DNA of 32,000 bases, from positions 4,200,001-4,232,000 of the forward strand of contig NC_011979.1 in NCBI RefSeq assembly GCF_000022265.1. Reading direction: 5' to 3'. Shown piece after piece: positions 17,320 through 25,983 of the stretch. This stretch comes from Geotalea daltonii FRC-32 (GTDB lineage: Bacteria > Desulfobacterota > Desulfuromonadia > Geobacterales > Geobacteraceae). The first letter of the stretch is position 1. Every line of letters begins with the position of its first letter. The notes under the pieces are model-generated. The model saw nothing but the letters and a program-made list of their open reading frames with translations, did no database searches and was not told the DNA's origin. A program made the position numbers and the translations under genes.

Positions 17320-18852
17320 TTAGTGGGCATGGCCCTGGTCTGCGCCCCCCTTGGCGGCGGACTCGGCTTGTTTGACGTAATAGGCGCCACGGGTCACTAC
17401 CCGCTCATCACCCTTGAGACCTGAGGTGATCTGGACAAAACCGCCATCTTCGACGCCGACCTTTACCTCCCGTCGATCAAAAGCCTCCCCCGATGGCTGG
17501 ATAAAGACGAACCAACGGGCCTCGTCTTCAATCAGGGCATCCTTGGGCACGGCCAGTGCGCCGGCAACCGAGCCGGTCCGAATGGCAACATTGGCGAACA
17601 GCCCGACCTTGAGGCGTCCTGATTTATTGGGCACTTCAAACAGTACAGGCAGGGTTCTGGTCTGGGGATCGAGCATATCGCCGACCGACACCAGCCGCGA
17701 CGGTTTGAATTCATCAGTCAAGCCGGCAACGGTGAAAGTCGCATTGAGCGACTTGCCGGCTGTGGCGATCTCGGTCGCAGGAAGATTGGCTTTGAGCCAG
17801 AGGGTGCCGGTATTGACAATACGCAGGATTGGTTGTCCCGCCTCAACCCCTTTGCCGGCCCCGGCAGTCACCTCGACCACCGTGCCGCTCACCGGTGCAC
17901 GCACCGCAATCCGACCACTTCCTTCTCCCTTGACACTTCCCATGGATTTTTCAAGAGGCTCAAGAGCCGACTTCGCACTGGAAAGTGCCAGCTCCGCTTC
18001 CTCTACTCGTTTCAGCGGGGCTATTTTAGCGTCATGGAGTCGCTTGGCCCGGTCGTACTCCTTTTGCGCAAGTGCAACCCGATTTTTTGCTTCGGCATAG
18101 GCCGCTCCCAGCTGACCGATGCCGCCATCCGGCCTGATCGGGGGATCAATCATGGCCACCACTTCACCTTTTGCCACCTTCTTCCCGATGAAAGGCAGTT
18201 GCTTGACAGTTGAGATGGTACCAGCCAAAGGAGCGGCAACCGTTGCTTCAGCGTTCGAGACCGGAACCAGCTCCCCGGTCGTGGTAACGAAGCTGCCCAG
18301 ATCTTTCTTGACCGGCTGGGTTACCATGAAATCCACGACCCACTGTTGTTCCTTCAAATACGCAATTGCTCCCTCACCACCTGCATGTCCTTCTGCCGGT
18401 TTCGCACCCTTGTTCGATACCTGTACTTCAGATACCGTGATTTCGTCGGCGAATCCCTTCCCGTCAGTGATCAGTTTGAGCGAATAGTTCCCAGGATTGG
18501 CAAGGGTCGCCTCAGCCTTGTAAATACCGGCACGGGTCGGGGCCGGCATGGTGAAGATGACCGGTTCACCGGCAGATGGAGTGAATACCATTTTCAGCCC
18601 CCCCTCCGTTACCGGCTTGAAATCGGCAAGTCTGGTGAGATGAATCAGAAAACCCGCCTTTTCTCCTGCCACCGGCGGATCATATTCCATAAAAAGTTCG
18701 CTCTTTGCGGAATAGGCGGTTACCTTGATTGGTTCGGCTTCGCCTCCGGCAGCAGCGGCGGGTGCATGTTCCTTGTGATTACAGCCTGACAGTGTGAACA
18801 GCAGAACCAGTAGTATACCCATGTATTTCATGGCAGTTTTGTAGATGCTCAT
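17320..18852 (-). CDS. RND periplasmic adaptor (MFP, CusB/CzcB-like) lipoprotein with an extra N-terminal domain of about 150 aa
   Basis: Lipobox LFTLSGC. The HlyD/MFP core is TTTGELVPVSNAEATVAAPLAGTIS...RAPVSGTVVEV...LWLKANL. There is an ATGA overlap with the OMF gene at 18849-18852 and a His-containing C-terminus, GGADQGHAH. Confidence 0.9.
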   Translation of the reverse strand: MSIYKTAMKYMGILLVLLFTLSGCNHKEHAPAAAAGGEAEPIKVTAYSAKSELFMEYDPPVAGEKAGFLIHLTRLADFKPVTEGGLKMVFTPSAGEPVIFTMPAPTRAGIYKAEATLANPGNYSLKLITDGKGFADEITVSEVQVSNKGAKPAEGHAGGEGAIAYLKEQQWVVDFMVTQPVKKDLGSFVTTTGELVPVSNAEATVAAPLAGTISTVKQLPFIGKKVAKGEVVAMIDPPIRPDGGIGQLGAAYAEAKNRVALAQKEYDRAKRLHDAKIAPLKRVEEAELALSSAKSALEPLEKSMGSVKGEGSGRIAVRAPVSGTVVEVTAGAGKGVEAGQPILRIVNTGTLWLKANLPATEIATAGKSLNATFTVAGLTDEFKPSRLVSVGDMLDPQTRTLPVLFEVPNKSGRLKVGLFANVAIRTGSVAGALAVPKDALIEDEARWFVFIQPSGEAFDRREVKVGVEDGGFVQITSGLKGDERVVTRGAYYVKQAESAAKGGADQGHAH

Positions 18853-20138
18853 TTATTTCCTCCGTCCACTTTCTGTAATTCGACTCCCACCGCGGCCTCC
18901 AGTTTTGCGACCGCAGTGTTCCAGCTGTAGAGTGCTGTCAGATAGCCGTCAGTTACTTCGATAAATTTCTTCTGTTCTTCGATCACTGCAAGAATCCCTA
19001 CTTCACCAAGACGATACGCCTCCTGGACCAGTTTCAGGTTCTCAGAGAGTTGTGGGATAATTTCCCCGGCATAGATATTCAGTGATTTTTCCGCAGAGGC
19101 GAGCCGCGCGTGAGCAGCTTCTACCTCCCTCTCAATGCCTTGCCGGACAAACGCTTGACGTGTTTCAGCGCTGCTTTTTCTGGCCTGGGCTTCTCTTATA
19201 CCAGCCTGGTTTCGGTCAAAAAACTGAAGGGGGAAAGAAAACTTCAGGCCGATCAGATAGTCTGTATCTCGCTCTTGAAGGCCTCCCAAGGAAGTCTCCG
19301 ACCTTTCCCAGCTGAAACCGATTCCAGCCCTCACATTCGGCACCAGTTCGGCCTGAGCCAGGGAGAGTTCAGCTTCACCTTTGTTCTTTTCCGCTTCAGC
19401 AGCTCCCAGGTCAGGGCGATTTTTCAGGGCCATAGCCTTTAATTCTGCAGGATTTTCAGTGGACGGCTTCGTCTGCGGTTTGCCGGTAATCTTCAAGCCC
19501 GTCAAGGCAGGCGTCCCCATGAGCGAGAGTAGTCGCTGCCGGGCCGGCACGAGTTCGCGCTCCGCCTCGATTTTTCGTCCTTCACTGCGGGCGGTTTCGA
19601 CCCTGGCCAGGTTTACGTCCAGTTCCGCAACATCACCGGCGGCCAGCCGTTCTTTGGCAATCTGCAACAATTCGTTGTTCAGTTCCTGGGACTTTTGTGC
19701 CAGCTCAAGACGGCTTTCCACTAGAAGAAGACTGTAGAACCCGGTCTTCACCTCCAGCAGCAGCAGACGTTCCGCATCCTTGATCCGGTTCCCGAACCGT
19801 ACAAGTTCGGAGTCAGCCACGGCCAGCCGCTTTTCCCGTTTACCACCGAGTAAGAATTCCTGGGATACGCCGATGCCCAGACGGTTTTCGGACGAACTGC
19901 CGGTAAGGGCACCGGTGACGCCTTCCAGATCCAAAACAGGATTGGGATAGAGGCCTGCCTTGATTTTGCCTGCGTCGCCGATTCCCAGCTCTTGGCGGAG
20001 CGCTTTCAGTTCCCCGTTGTGCTCCCTGGCAATGGTAATGATTTCCTGTAGATTAATGGCATTTTCCTCTGCCCGAAGTGGTGCCGTTGTTGCACAAATT
20101 ACTGCCGCCATTGCGACGACAGATGTTAGTCGCTTCAT
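18849..20138 (-). CDS. outer-membrane efflux factor (TolC/CzcC/CusC family)
   Basis: Signal peptide MKRLTSVVAMAAVICATTAPLRA|EE, then TolC-type repeats (ELKALRQELG...GLYPNP...LDL). The start could instead be the ATG at 20165. The track start at 20333 is unlikely. Confidence 0.85.
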   Translation of the reverse strand: MKRLTSVVAMAAVICATTAPLRAEENAINLQEIITIAREHNGELKALRQELGIGDAGKIKAGLYPNPVLDLEGVTGALTGSSSENRLGIGVSQEFLLGGKREKRLAVADSELVRFGNRIKDAERLLLLEVKTGFYSLLLVESRLELAQKSQELNNELLQIAKERLAAGDVAELDVNLARVETARSEGRKIEAERELVPARQRLLSLMGTPALTGLKITGKPQTKPSTENPAELKAMALKNRPDLGAAEAEKNKGEAELSLAQAELVPNVRAGIGFSWERSETSLGGLQERDTDYLIGLKFSFPLQFFDRNQAGIREAQARKSSAETRQAFVRQGIEREVEAAHARLASAEKSLNIYAGEIIPQLSENLKLVQEAYRLGEVGILAVIEEQKKFIEVTDGYLTALYSWNTAVAKLEAAVGVELQKVDGGNK

Positions 20139-20445
20139 TACGTTCTGTTTCAATTGTTCCTCCATGATTGCGCTGAGGTGTGACTTGTCCTGAATCCAAC
20201 CACGTAACTGTGCCAATATCCCATCATTGAAGACGCCGCCAGGGCAGAAAAGAACCCTTTCCGGATGGAAACAAGGTAATACGCATGCAGAAATGCCTTT
20301 GTAATTCCGGCAATAAGCCTGGCCCAATGACACAATTACGGGGGATTAAGTTGTAGTATTTTGAGATAATTATGGACTGGACGACTGGACGCAGAACGAC
20401 TCAGCAAGAGTGTCGTTTTAGACGCATGTGTAGCGTGTCAGCCCT

Positions 20446-20814
20446 TCAGGCGAGGTTATGCGGGGGAGTATCTATAGCCAGGAATACTTCGGGGATGAAT
20501 TGAAAAGACTCTAAATTGAGGTGAAGAAGTTCATGGGGTGAGGGAAGACGATAAGCGGTTTGGGCTGCCAGAGAAACGTAGGAGTGATGATCGCAACTGA
20601 AATGGTCATGGTCGGTGCTGGGATGGTCGTCAGGTGGACAAACCGGGCAGTGACCGGAAGTTTCAACCTGTAAAAATCCTATTGAGATTTTGTGGGGGGT
20701 GGAAAACCCTGCTTCCTCAATTTCATGGGCAACAGAAAATACGGTGTTGATGGAAAGACAGGCCATCACCATTATCAGGGTCAATGCAGTGATTTTTCTG
20801 AATTTCGAATTCAA
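20446..20814 (-). CDS. small exported His/Cys-rich protein, candidate periplasmic metal-binding protein of the efflux cluster
   Basis: TTG start with a signal/anchor sequence (NSKFRKITALTLIMVMACLSINTVFSVA). It then has a GHCPVCPPDDHPSTDHDHFSCDHH cluster. It is the first gene of the efflux cluster. Confidence 0.6.
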   Translation of the reverse strand: MNSKFRKITALTLIMVMACLSINTVFSVAHEIEEAGFSTPHKISIGFLQVETSGHCPVCPPDDHPSTDHDHFSCDHHSYVSLAAQTAYRLPSPHELLHLNLESFQFIPEVFLAIDTPPHNLA

Positions 20815-20857
20815 GCGGTTTACGACCTCAACCCTTTTAATGAGTAACTATTGCAAG

Positions 20858-20886
20858 AGATTAAATTTTTGCAGCACCTGTGTCAA
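20858..20886 (-). promoter_or_regulatory. candidate sigma70 promoter for the metal-efflux cluster
   Basis: Minus strand reads TTGACA (20886..20881), 17 nt, TAATCT (20863..20858), about 45 nt upstream of the TTG at 20814. The -10 is weak. Confidence 0.3.
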
Positions 20887-20900
20887 GCAGTAAAATGCGA

Positions 20901-20948
20901 GAGTGGCAAGGCCCGTAAAAAAATAGTGCCCGACAGGCTTTGCCACTC
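20901..20948 (-). terminator. hairpin downstream of the OM barrel gene
   Basis: GAGTGGCAAGGCC...GGCTTTGCCACTC: 13-bp arms with 1 mismatch and a 22-nt loop. On the minus strand it is followed by TCGCATTTTAC. Confidence 0.45.
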
Positions 20949-20963
20949 GTATCGACCAATTTA

Positions 20964-21761
20964 TCAGAACAATGAATGCTCAAATGAAAGATAGGCGAAG
21001 GCGCCATATTCTCCCTTGGAAGGACCGAAACCAATGGGAAACGCAATGCCCGGTACAATCTGCAGTTTGCCAATGTCGATTGCATACCGAAGCCCGGGGC
21101 TTACGAGTAGTGAGTGTTCATCGACGGTTACCCCGTTTCCCTGCACGGCCTGTTCTGTACCTCCTACTATTTCGAGCATCAGGTTCAGATTTTTCGAAGC
21201 TAGAAAAATTGCGCTTGCGCCATAGTTAGTCGCAACCGTGTCGGCCTTGGCTCCTGCTGCATCCTTGCTATCAGGGGTAAAGGTAATGCCCATGTTGTAG
21301 TGGGTAACCCACCGTTCGGCAAGTTTCACGCTCAGTGGAAAATTGACCTGATAACCAACTGTGCCGGTTCCTAGTCCCTTCTTCTCATCACCAGTGGGAA
21401 GAATGAGGGAGAAGCGGGGCGCAAAGGCGATGCCTTCCTTCAGAACTGCCTGATAACGGTAATTGATCGCCACATCTCCAAATCCCGTGTCGTCTTGTCC
21501 GCCCCCCCTGATCCTCTCGACCGGGATGGTGTATGAAAGCTGATGATCCTGTTTCGGCACCGGCCACTCTTGAGTGAAGGTAAACAGCGAGCTGTCACCC
21601 TTCATGTGCTGGTAGGTGAAAATGTGCTGGATAACCCCGTCCTCTTGATTGTATGCTTCTTCGATGAGGAAAGAGTTGTCCTGAATTTCGCGGTACTCGG
21701 CGCTGAACGCCGGAGCCACACTCAACATAACCATGGCCGCAATAAATGATAGCTTTTTCAA
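20964..21761 (-). CDS. outer-membrane beta-barrel protein (MetA-pathway/'transporter' family-like)
   Basis: AGGAGG is followed after 8 nt by the TTG at 21761; the track's GTG at 21794 lacks an RBS. Signal peptide KKLSFIAAMVMLSVAPAFSA. The sequence shows alternating beta-strand patterns and a C-terminal aromatic end (FEHSLF). Confidence 0.75.
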   Translation of the reverse strand: MKKLSFIAAMVMLSVAPAFSAEYREIQDNSFLIEEAYNQEDGVIQHIFTYQHMKGDSSLFTFTQEWPVPKQDHQLSYTIPVERIRGGGQDDTGFGDVAINYRYQAVLKEGIAFAPRFSLILPTGDEKKGLGTGTVGYQVNFPLSVKLAERWVTHYNMGITFTPDSKDAAGAKADTVATNYGASAIFLASKNLNLMLEIVGGTEQAVQGNGVTVDEHSLLVSPGLRYAIDIGKLQIVPGIAFPIGFGPSKGEYGAFAYLSFEHSLF

Positions 21762-21930
21762 TTTAGTTTTCCTCCTGTTCGATTTTCTCAGCACAACACG
21801 GCAAACCGATCCATGCTGCAGTTAATTCTAATGGTTTATTTCGGCACAACCCTGCAAAACTGAAGTGAATTTTGGGCATGACTGAAAGAATGGGAGGGAT
21901 ATGTTATTTATTCCTGAAGTCGGCAGATAT

Positions 21931-21958
21931 TTGACGGAAATCTAGTATACTCTAAAAT
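21931..21958 (+). promoter_or_regulatory. candidate sigma70 promoter
   Basis: TTGACG, 16 nt, TAAAAT, 40 nt upstream of the ATG at 21999. Confidence 0.5.
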
Positions 21959-21998
21959 GTTAGATCAATTTAATTCTTGCTCCCCCTGGAGATCTACC

Positions 21999-22208
21999 AT
22001 GCTGATCAATGTCATCTATCGCGACGGCAGCGTCGATATTGTAAATTCTTCTTCACTGAGCCACCTGATCAAAAACGGGGAAATCTTCGCCTTCTGCCGG
22101 TCCGATGGCTGGACGCGCCTTGACCGGGACCCGGTCCGCAGACAGAAGCTCCCCTTCGACGGACCGGGGAAGAGGATAAACGATCTGATGGAAGACTACT
22201 ATGGCTGA
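21999..22208 (+). CDS. small conserved protein, 69 aa (resembles the 'GSU3473 family' of Geobacter-type genomes)
   Basis: Internal ATG with GGAG 8 nt upstream. MLINVIYRDGSVDIVNSSSLSHLIKNGEIFAFCRSDGWTRLDRDPVR resembles that family as I remember it. Confidence 0.6.
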   Translation: MLINVIYRDGSVDIVNSSSLSHLIKNGEIFAFCRSDGWTRLDRDPVRRQKLPFDGPGKRINDLMEDYYG

Positions 22209-22486
22209 CCAGGAAGGCCTCTAATCCTCGGGCTTACTGCCGTAAAAATCCACCTCAAGGTCATAGGCACCCCTCTTTCGTTCAAGGGAAGCAAGTTCGC
22301 GGGACCGACTGCCCAATAATTTTCAACAGCCCGCCAATCTGCAACAAACCTTCTGCAGCATCAATTCCCACAAATCTGCAGCTTATATCCCTTCTGAATT
22401 AAACCACGTTTTATTCTCAAGATTCCCGTGGCGCCGCCGATAACTCTCTACAAATACTTAAAATGGCTGCGGCTCTGCGAGGAATT

Positions 22487-24574
22487 ATGCCCAAGAAAAA
22501 GCTCCTGCACAAAATTCTCGGAATTATCGGTCTTACCCTTTTCGTCGGCTTTGCCGCCATGGGCATGCTGGCCCTATGGCTTGAGTACTCAGCCACCATG
22601 GACCTGCAGATGAAAAACAGCCGCAACATGGCGGCGTTCATTATCCACAATATCGACGAGTACATGATGAAGGGTGAATCCAAGGCTGTGGAGGCCTTCC
22701 TTACCAAAATAAAAGATAAAAAATTCGCCCTTGATATGCGAATCTTCAATGGCGACGGTAAAGCGCCGGAACAATTGGAAGGACCAGCCAATAAGGATGT
22801 TGTTGCTGCCTTGGCCAGTGGCAAAACGCTGGAGCTGAAGCAGAAGGAAAATGGCATTCACACCCTTAGATCTGTGGTTCCCGTGCCCAATGAAGAACGG
22901 TGCAAGCAGTGCCATGATGCGGAACCCAAATTCCTGGGGGCCATCGTCCTCACCACCTCCCTTCAAGAAGGGTTCAACAGCGCCCTCAAGCTTACCTGGA
23001 TGCTGACTGCTGCCGGCATATTTTTCTTCCTGGCCATGCTCATCACCCTCTATTTATTCTTCAAAAAGACGGTCATCAAAGATCTTATGGAATTCGCCGA
23101 TAAACTGCGGATCATTGCCCGCGGCGAGGGGGACCTGACCAAGGAGATATCCATCCGCTCCCGGGATGAAATCGGCTCACTGGCAGAGGAGATCAACCAT
23201 CTGATCTCGAAACTGCGGGATATTATCGCTTCCCTTTATGTACAGGCAGGGAATATTTCCGTCTCCATCTGCATGGTCTCCAGGGATACTATAGGCACCG
23301 AGGCAGCTTCAAGCGCCCAGAAAGAGCAGGCCATGTCAGTTGCCGTGGCCACAGAAGAGATGGCGGCCACTCTTAATGTGGTCGCCGGTAATACCCATCG
23401 GGCGGCAGAGCTTTCAGCCCAGGTCGATGCCGCGGCAAGCGACGGAATGACCGTGGTCGATGAAGCATGCAGCAGCATCAGGATGGTCAACGAAAATGTG
23501 ACGGCGACCCTTGGAACGGTTATGAAACTGGAAACTTCGTCGAAGAAAATTGGCGAGATTATCGTGCTCATTGAGGACATAGCAGACCAGACCAACCTGC
23601 TTGCACTCAATGCTGCCATAGAGGCGGCACGTGCCGGAGAGCACGGCAGGGGATTTGCCGTGGTCGCCGATGAGGTGAAGAATCTGTCGGCAAAGACTGC
23701 TGCTTCCACCAAGGAAATTGCCAAGATCATCGCCGATATCCAGAGCGAAAGCCGGGATGCCGCCGCCTCGATCATGGAGGAAAAACAGCGGGTCGAGGAA
23801 GGGGTGGACAAATCGCTGGCAGCGAAGAATTGCCTGGAAAAAATCCTCCTCTCCGCCTCCGAATCGTCGGACATGATCAACCAGATAGCGTCGGCCACGG
23901 AAGAACAGAGTGCAACGGTCAATGAGATCGCCTCCAGCATCCACAATGTGTCGTCCTCGGCTGCCGAGGTTTACGGGCAGATGCAAAAAAGCAGGGCAGC
24001 ATTTAACGAGCTCACCGAGGTGGCGGAAAATATTTTTACCACCGTGGGCAAATTCAACGTTGGAAACCATCACGACGCCATGAAGGGTTATGCCTGTCGG
24101 TTGCGGGATGAGGCGGTGGCAGCACTGGAAAAGGCTATCGCCGAAAACAGGCTTTCCATTTCAGATCTTTTCGATCGTAATTACAAGCTGATCCCCGGCA
24201 CCTCTCCCCAGAAGTTTACCACCCGCTTCGACAGTTTTTTCGATCAGGTCATCTCCCCGATCCAGGAACGACTGCTGGCAGATAGCGAGGATATCAACTT
24301 TGCCATTTGTGTCGATGATCATGGCTATTGCCCGACCCATAATCTGCGCTACACCAAGCCACTCACCGGCAATCCGGAGACAGACAAGACCGCCAACCGG
24401 ACCAAGAGAATCTTTGACGACCGCACCGGCATCAGGGGAGCACAGAACACGGAGCCCTTCATCCTGCAGACTTACATGCGGGATACCGGGGAGATCATGA
24501 ACGACATGTCGGCCCCCATCATCATCGACAACAGGCACTGGGGTGCGGTACGAATCGGCTACCAAGCCAGATAA
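22487..24574 (+). CDS. methyl-accepting chemotaxis protein with a CXXCH periplasmic sensor domain and an extra C-terminal domain
   Basis: Two TM helices. The periplasmic domain contains CKQCH (22901-22915). A HAMP domain follows, then the MCP hairpin [31 protein letters not shown], then about 165 further residues. The start is ATG 22487 (GAGG upstream) or ATG 22463. Confidence 0.93.
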   Translation: MPKKKLLHKILGIIGLTLFVGFAAMGMLALWLEYSATMDLQMKNSRNMAAFIIHNIDEYMMKGESKAVEAFLTKIKDKKFALDMRIFNGDGKAPEQLEGPANKDVVAALASGKTLELKQKENGIHTLRSVVPVPNEERCKQCHDAEPKFLGAIVLTTSLQEGFNSALKLTWMLTAAGIFFFLAMLITLYLFFKKTVIKDLMEFADKLRIIARGEGDLTKEISIRSRDEIGSLAEEINHLISKLRDIIASLYVQAGNISVSICMVSRDTIGTEAASSAQKEQAMSVAVATEEMAATLNVVAGNTHRAAELSAQVDAAASDGMTVVDEACSSIRMVNENVTATLGTVMKLETSSKKIGEIIVLIEDIADQTNLLALNAAIEAARAGEHGRGFAVVADEVKNLSAKTAASTKEIAKIIADIQSESRDAAASIMEEKQRVEEGVDKSLAAKNCLEKILLSASESSDMINQIASATEEQSATVNEIASSIHNVSSSAAEVYGQMQKSRAAFNELTEVAENIFTTVGKFNVGNHHDAMKGYACRLRDEAVAALEKAIAENRLSISDLFDRNYKLIPGTSPQKFTTRFDSFFDQVISPIQERLLADSEDINFAICVDDHGYCPTHNLRYTKPLTGNPETDKTANRTKRIFDDRTGIRGAQNTEPFILQTYMRDTGEIMNDMSAPIIIDNRHWGAVRIGYQAR

Positions 24575-24615
24575 ACGCCCATTGATGCAGCAGCTTTAGA
24601 CTCTCCTGAGAGCCG

Positions 24616-25983
24616 TTAAAGGATGATCTGGTGCAGGTCGCGCTGCTTGTACCTCCAGGCAAAGGCGGTTGCGCGGAACAGCCAGTCCAGGAGAAAGACC
24701 CCCCAGACCATATAAAGGGAAAGGTGGAGCGGAACGGCGGCTATGTACGATAAGAGGACCCTGATCCCCCACATGGCAATGAGAGTGACGAGGAAGACGT
24801 AGTGGGTATCGCCGGTACCGCGCAGGCTGCCGGCGTAGACGAAAGAAATGGCGAGCGGCACCTGGGCGAAGGCTACCAGACGGAGAAAGACACAGCCCTT
24901 CTCTATTACTTCCGGGTCGTTGGTAAAGAGGCCGATGAGCAGATGGGGCATGAAAAAGAACAGGGCGGCCATGAAGGCCATGACAATAATGGCCAGGCGC
25001 AGAGCTTCATTATGGCTGATCCGTGCCCTGCTGATCTTGCGGGCGCCCAGTGCCTGCCCCATCAGTGTCGATGCGGCGATACCCATCCCCGCCCCCGGCA
25101 TGAAGGAGAGCGATTCGATGGAAAGGCCGATCTGGTGGGCAGCATAGGCGGCGGTGCCGTAACTGATGATGAACTTGGAATAGAAAAGTTGTCCAGACTG
25201 CTGGGCAATCCTCTCCAGCGCCACCGGGTAGCCCACCTGCCAAACCCTGCGGAACAGGGGAAGATCCGGCCTGCCGATCTTGATGTAGTTCTTGCGCAAG
25301 GCCTGGACCAGAAGGTAGAGAAAACCGCATAGCTCAGAGATGTTGATGGCGTAAGCAGCGCCTGTTACTCCCAGCTGCGGAAAGCCGAATTTACCATAAA
25401 CCAGCGGATAGGCAATGAGGACATGGAGGATGTTGACGAGGATGATACCCTCCATGGGGGTCCTGGTGTTGCCGGTGCCGTGCATGATAGCGGAAAGGAT
25501 ATTCAACCCGGCGGTGAAGGCGAAGTAGAGAAAGACCAGCTTTACATAGCCGGAGGCAAAGTTCAGGACATCTTCCCTGGCCCCGAGGAATCTGGCCAGT
25601 TCCTCGCCGAAATACCAGCCGAGGAACGAGGCGATGATCGCCATGCCGGCACAGGCGAGGCAGGCGGCAAAGGCAGCCCGCCTGGCCTCGGCACGGCGGC
25701 CTCCCCCCCACAAATGGGCGATTACCACGGTGGTGCCGGTGGCGAGCCCCCAGAAGACGGTCATGACAACGAAGATCAGCAGCTGGCCGAGCCCGGTTGC
25801 GGCAATGGCGGCAGCCCCCAGCCCGCCGACGATGAAGATATCCACAATGGAGACCAGACGCTGGAAGAGGGAGGAAAGAAGCACCGGCAGGGAAAGATTC
25901 AGGACGTTGCGGCGGATGGATACCCGTTTGGTCGGTCTCTTCTTGAACAGCTGCTCGGTAAAAACGGCAAAATTCGGCGACAA
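24616..25983 (-). CDS. MATE-family efflux transporter
   Basis: 455 aa, 12-TM type, with LSLPVLLSSLFQRLVSIVDIFIVGGLG and a second-half repeat. The TTG start at 25983 directly abuts the TAA of the upstream gene, with GGAG 6 nt upstream. Confidence 0.9.
   Translation of the reverse strand: MSPNFAVFTEQLFKKRPTKRVSIRRNVLNLSLPVLLSSLFQRLVSIVDIFIVGGLGAAAIAATGLGQLLIFVVMTVFWGLATGTTVVIAHLWGGGRRAEARRAAFAACLACAGMAIIASFLGWYFGEELARFLGAREDVLNFASGYVKLVFLYFAFTAGLNILSAIMHGTGNTRTPMEGIILVNILHVLIAYPLVYGKFGFPQLGVTGAAYAINISELCGFLYLLVQALRKNYIKIGRPDLPLFRRVWQVGYPVALERIAQQSGQLFYSKFIISYGTAAYAAHQIGLSIESLSFMPGAGMGIAASTLMGQALGARKISRARISHNEALRLAIIVMAFMAALFFFMPHLLIGLFTNDPEVIEKGCVFLRLVAFAQVPLAISFVYAGSLRGTGDTHYVFLVTLIAMWGIRVLLSYIAAVPLHLSLYMVWGVFLLDWLFRATAFAWRYKQRDLHQIIL

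Noticed and set aside
21842-21857. Sigma54-like element cGGCAC-N-TGCA. A second candidate, TGGCAC, lies on the minus strand at 20200..20216.
   Set aside because: In the first, the GG-to-GC spacing is one nt short of the -24/-12 consensus. The second lacks a TTGC -12 element.
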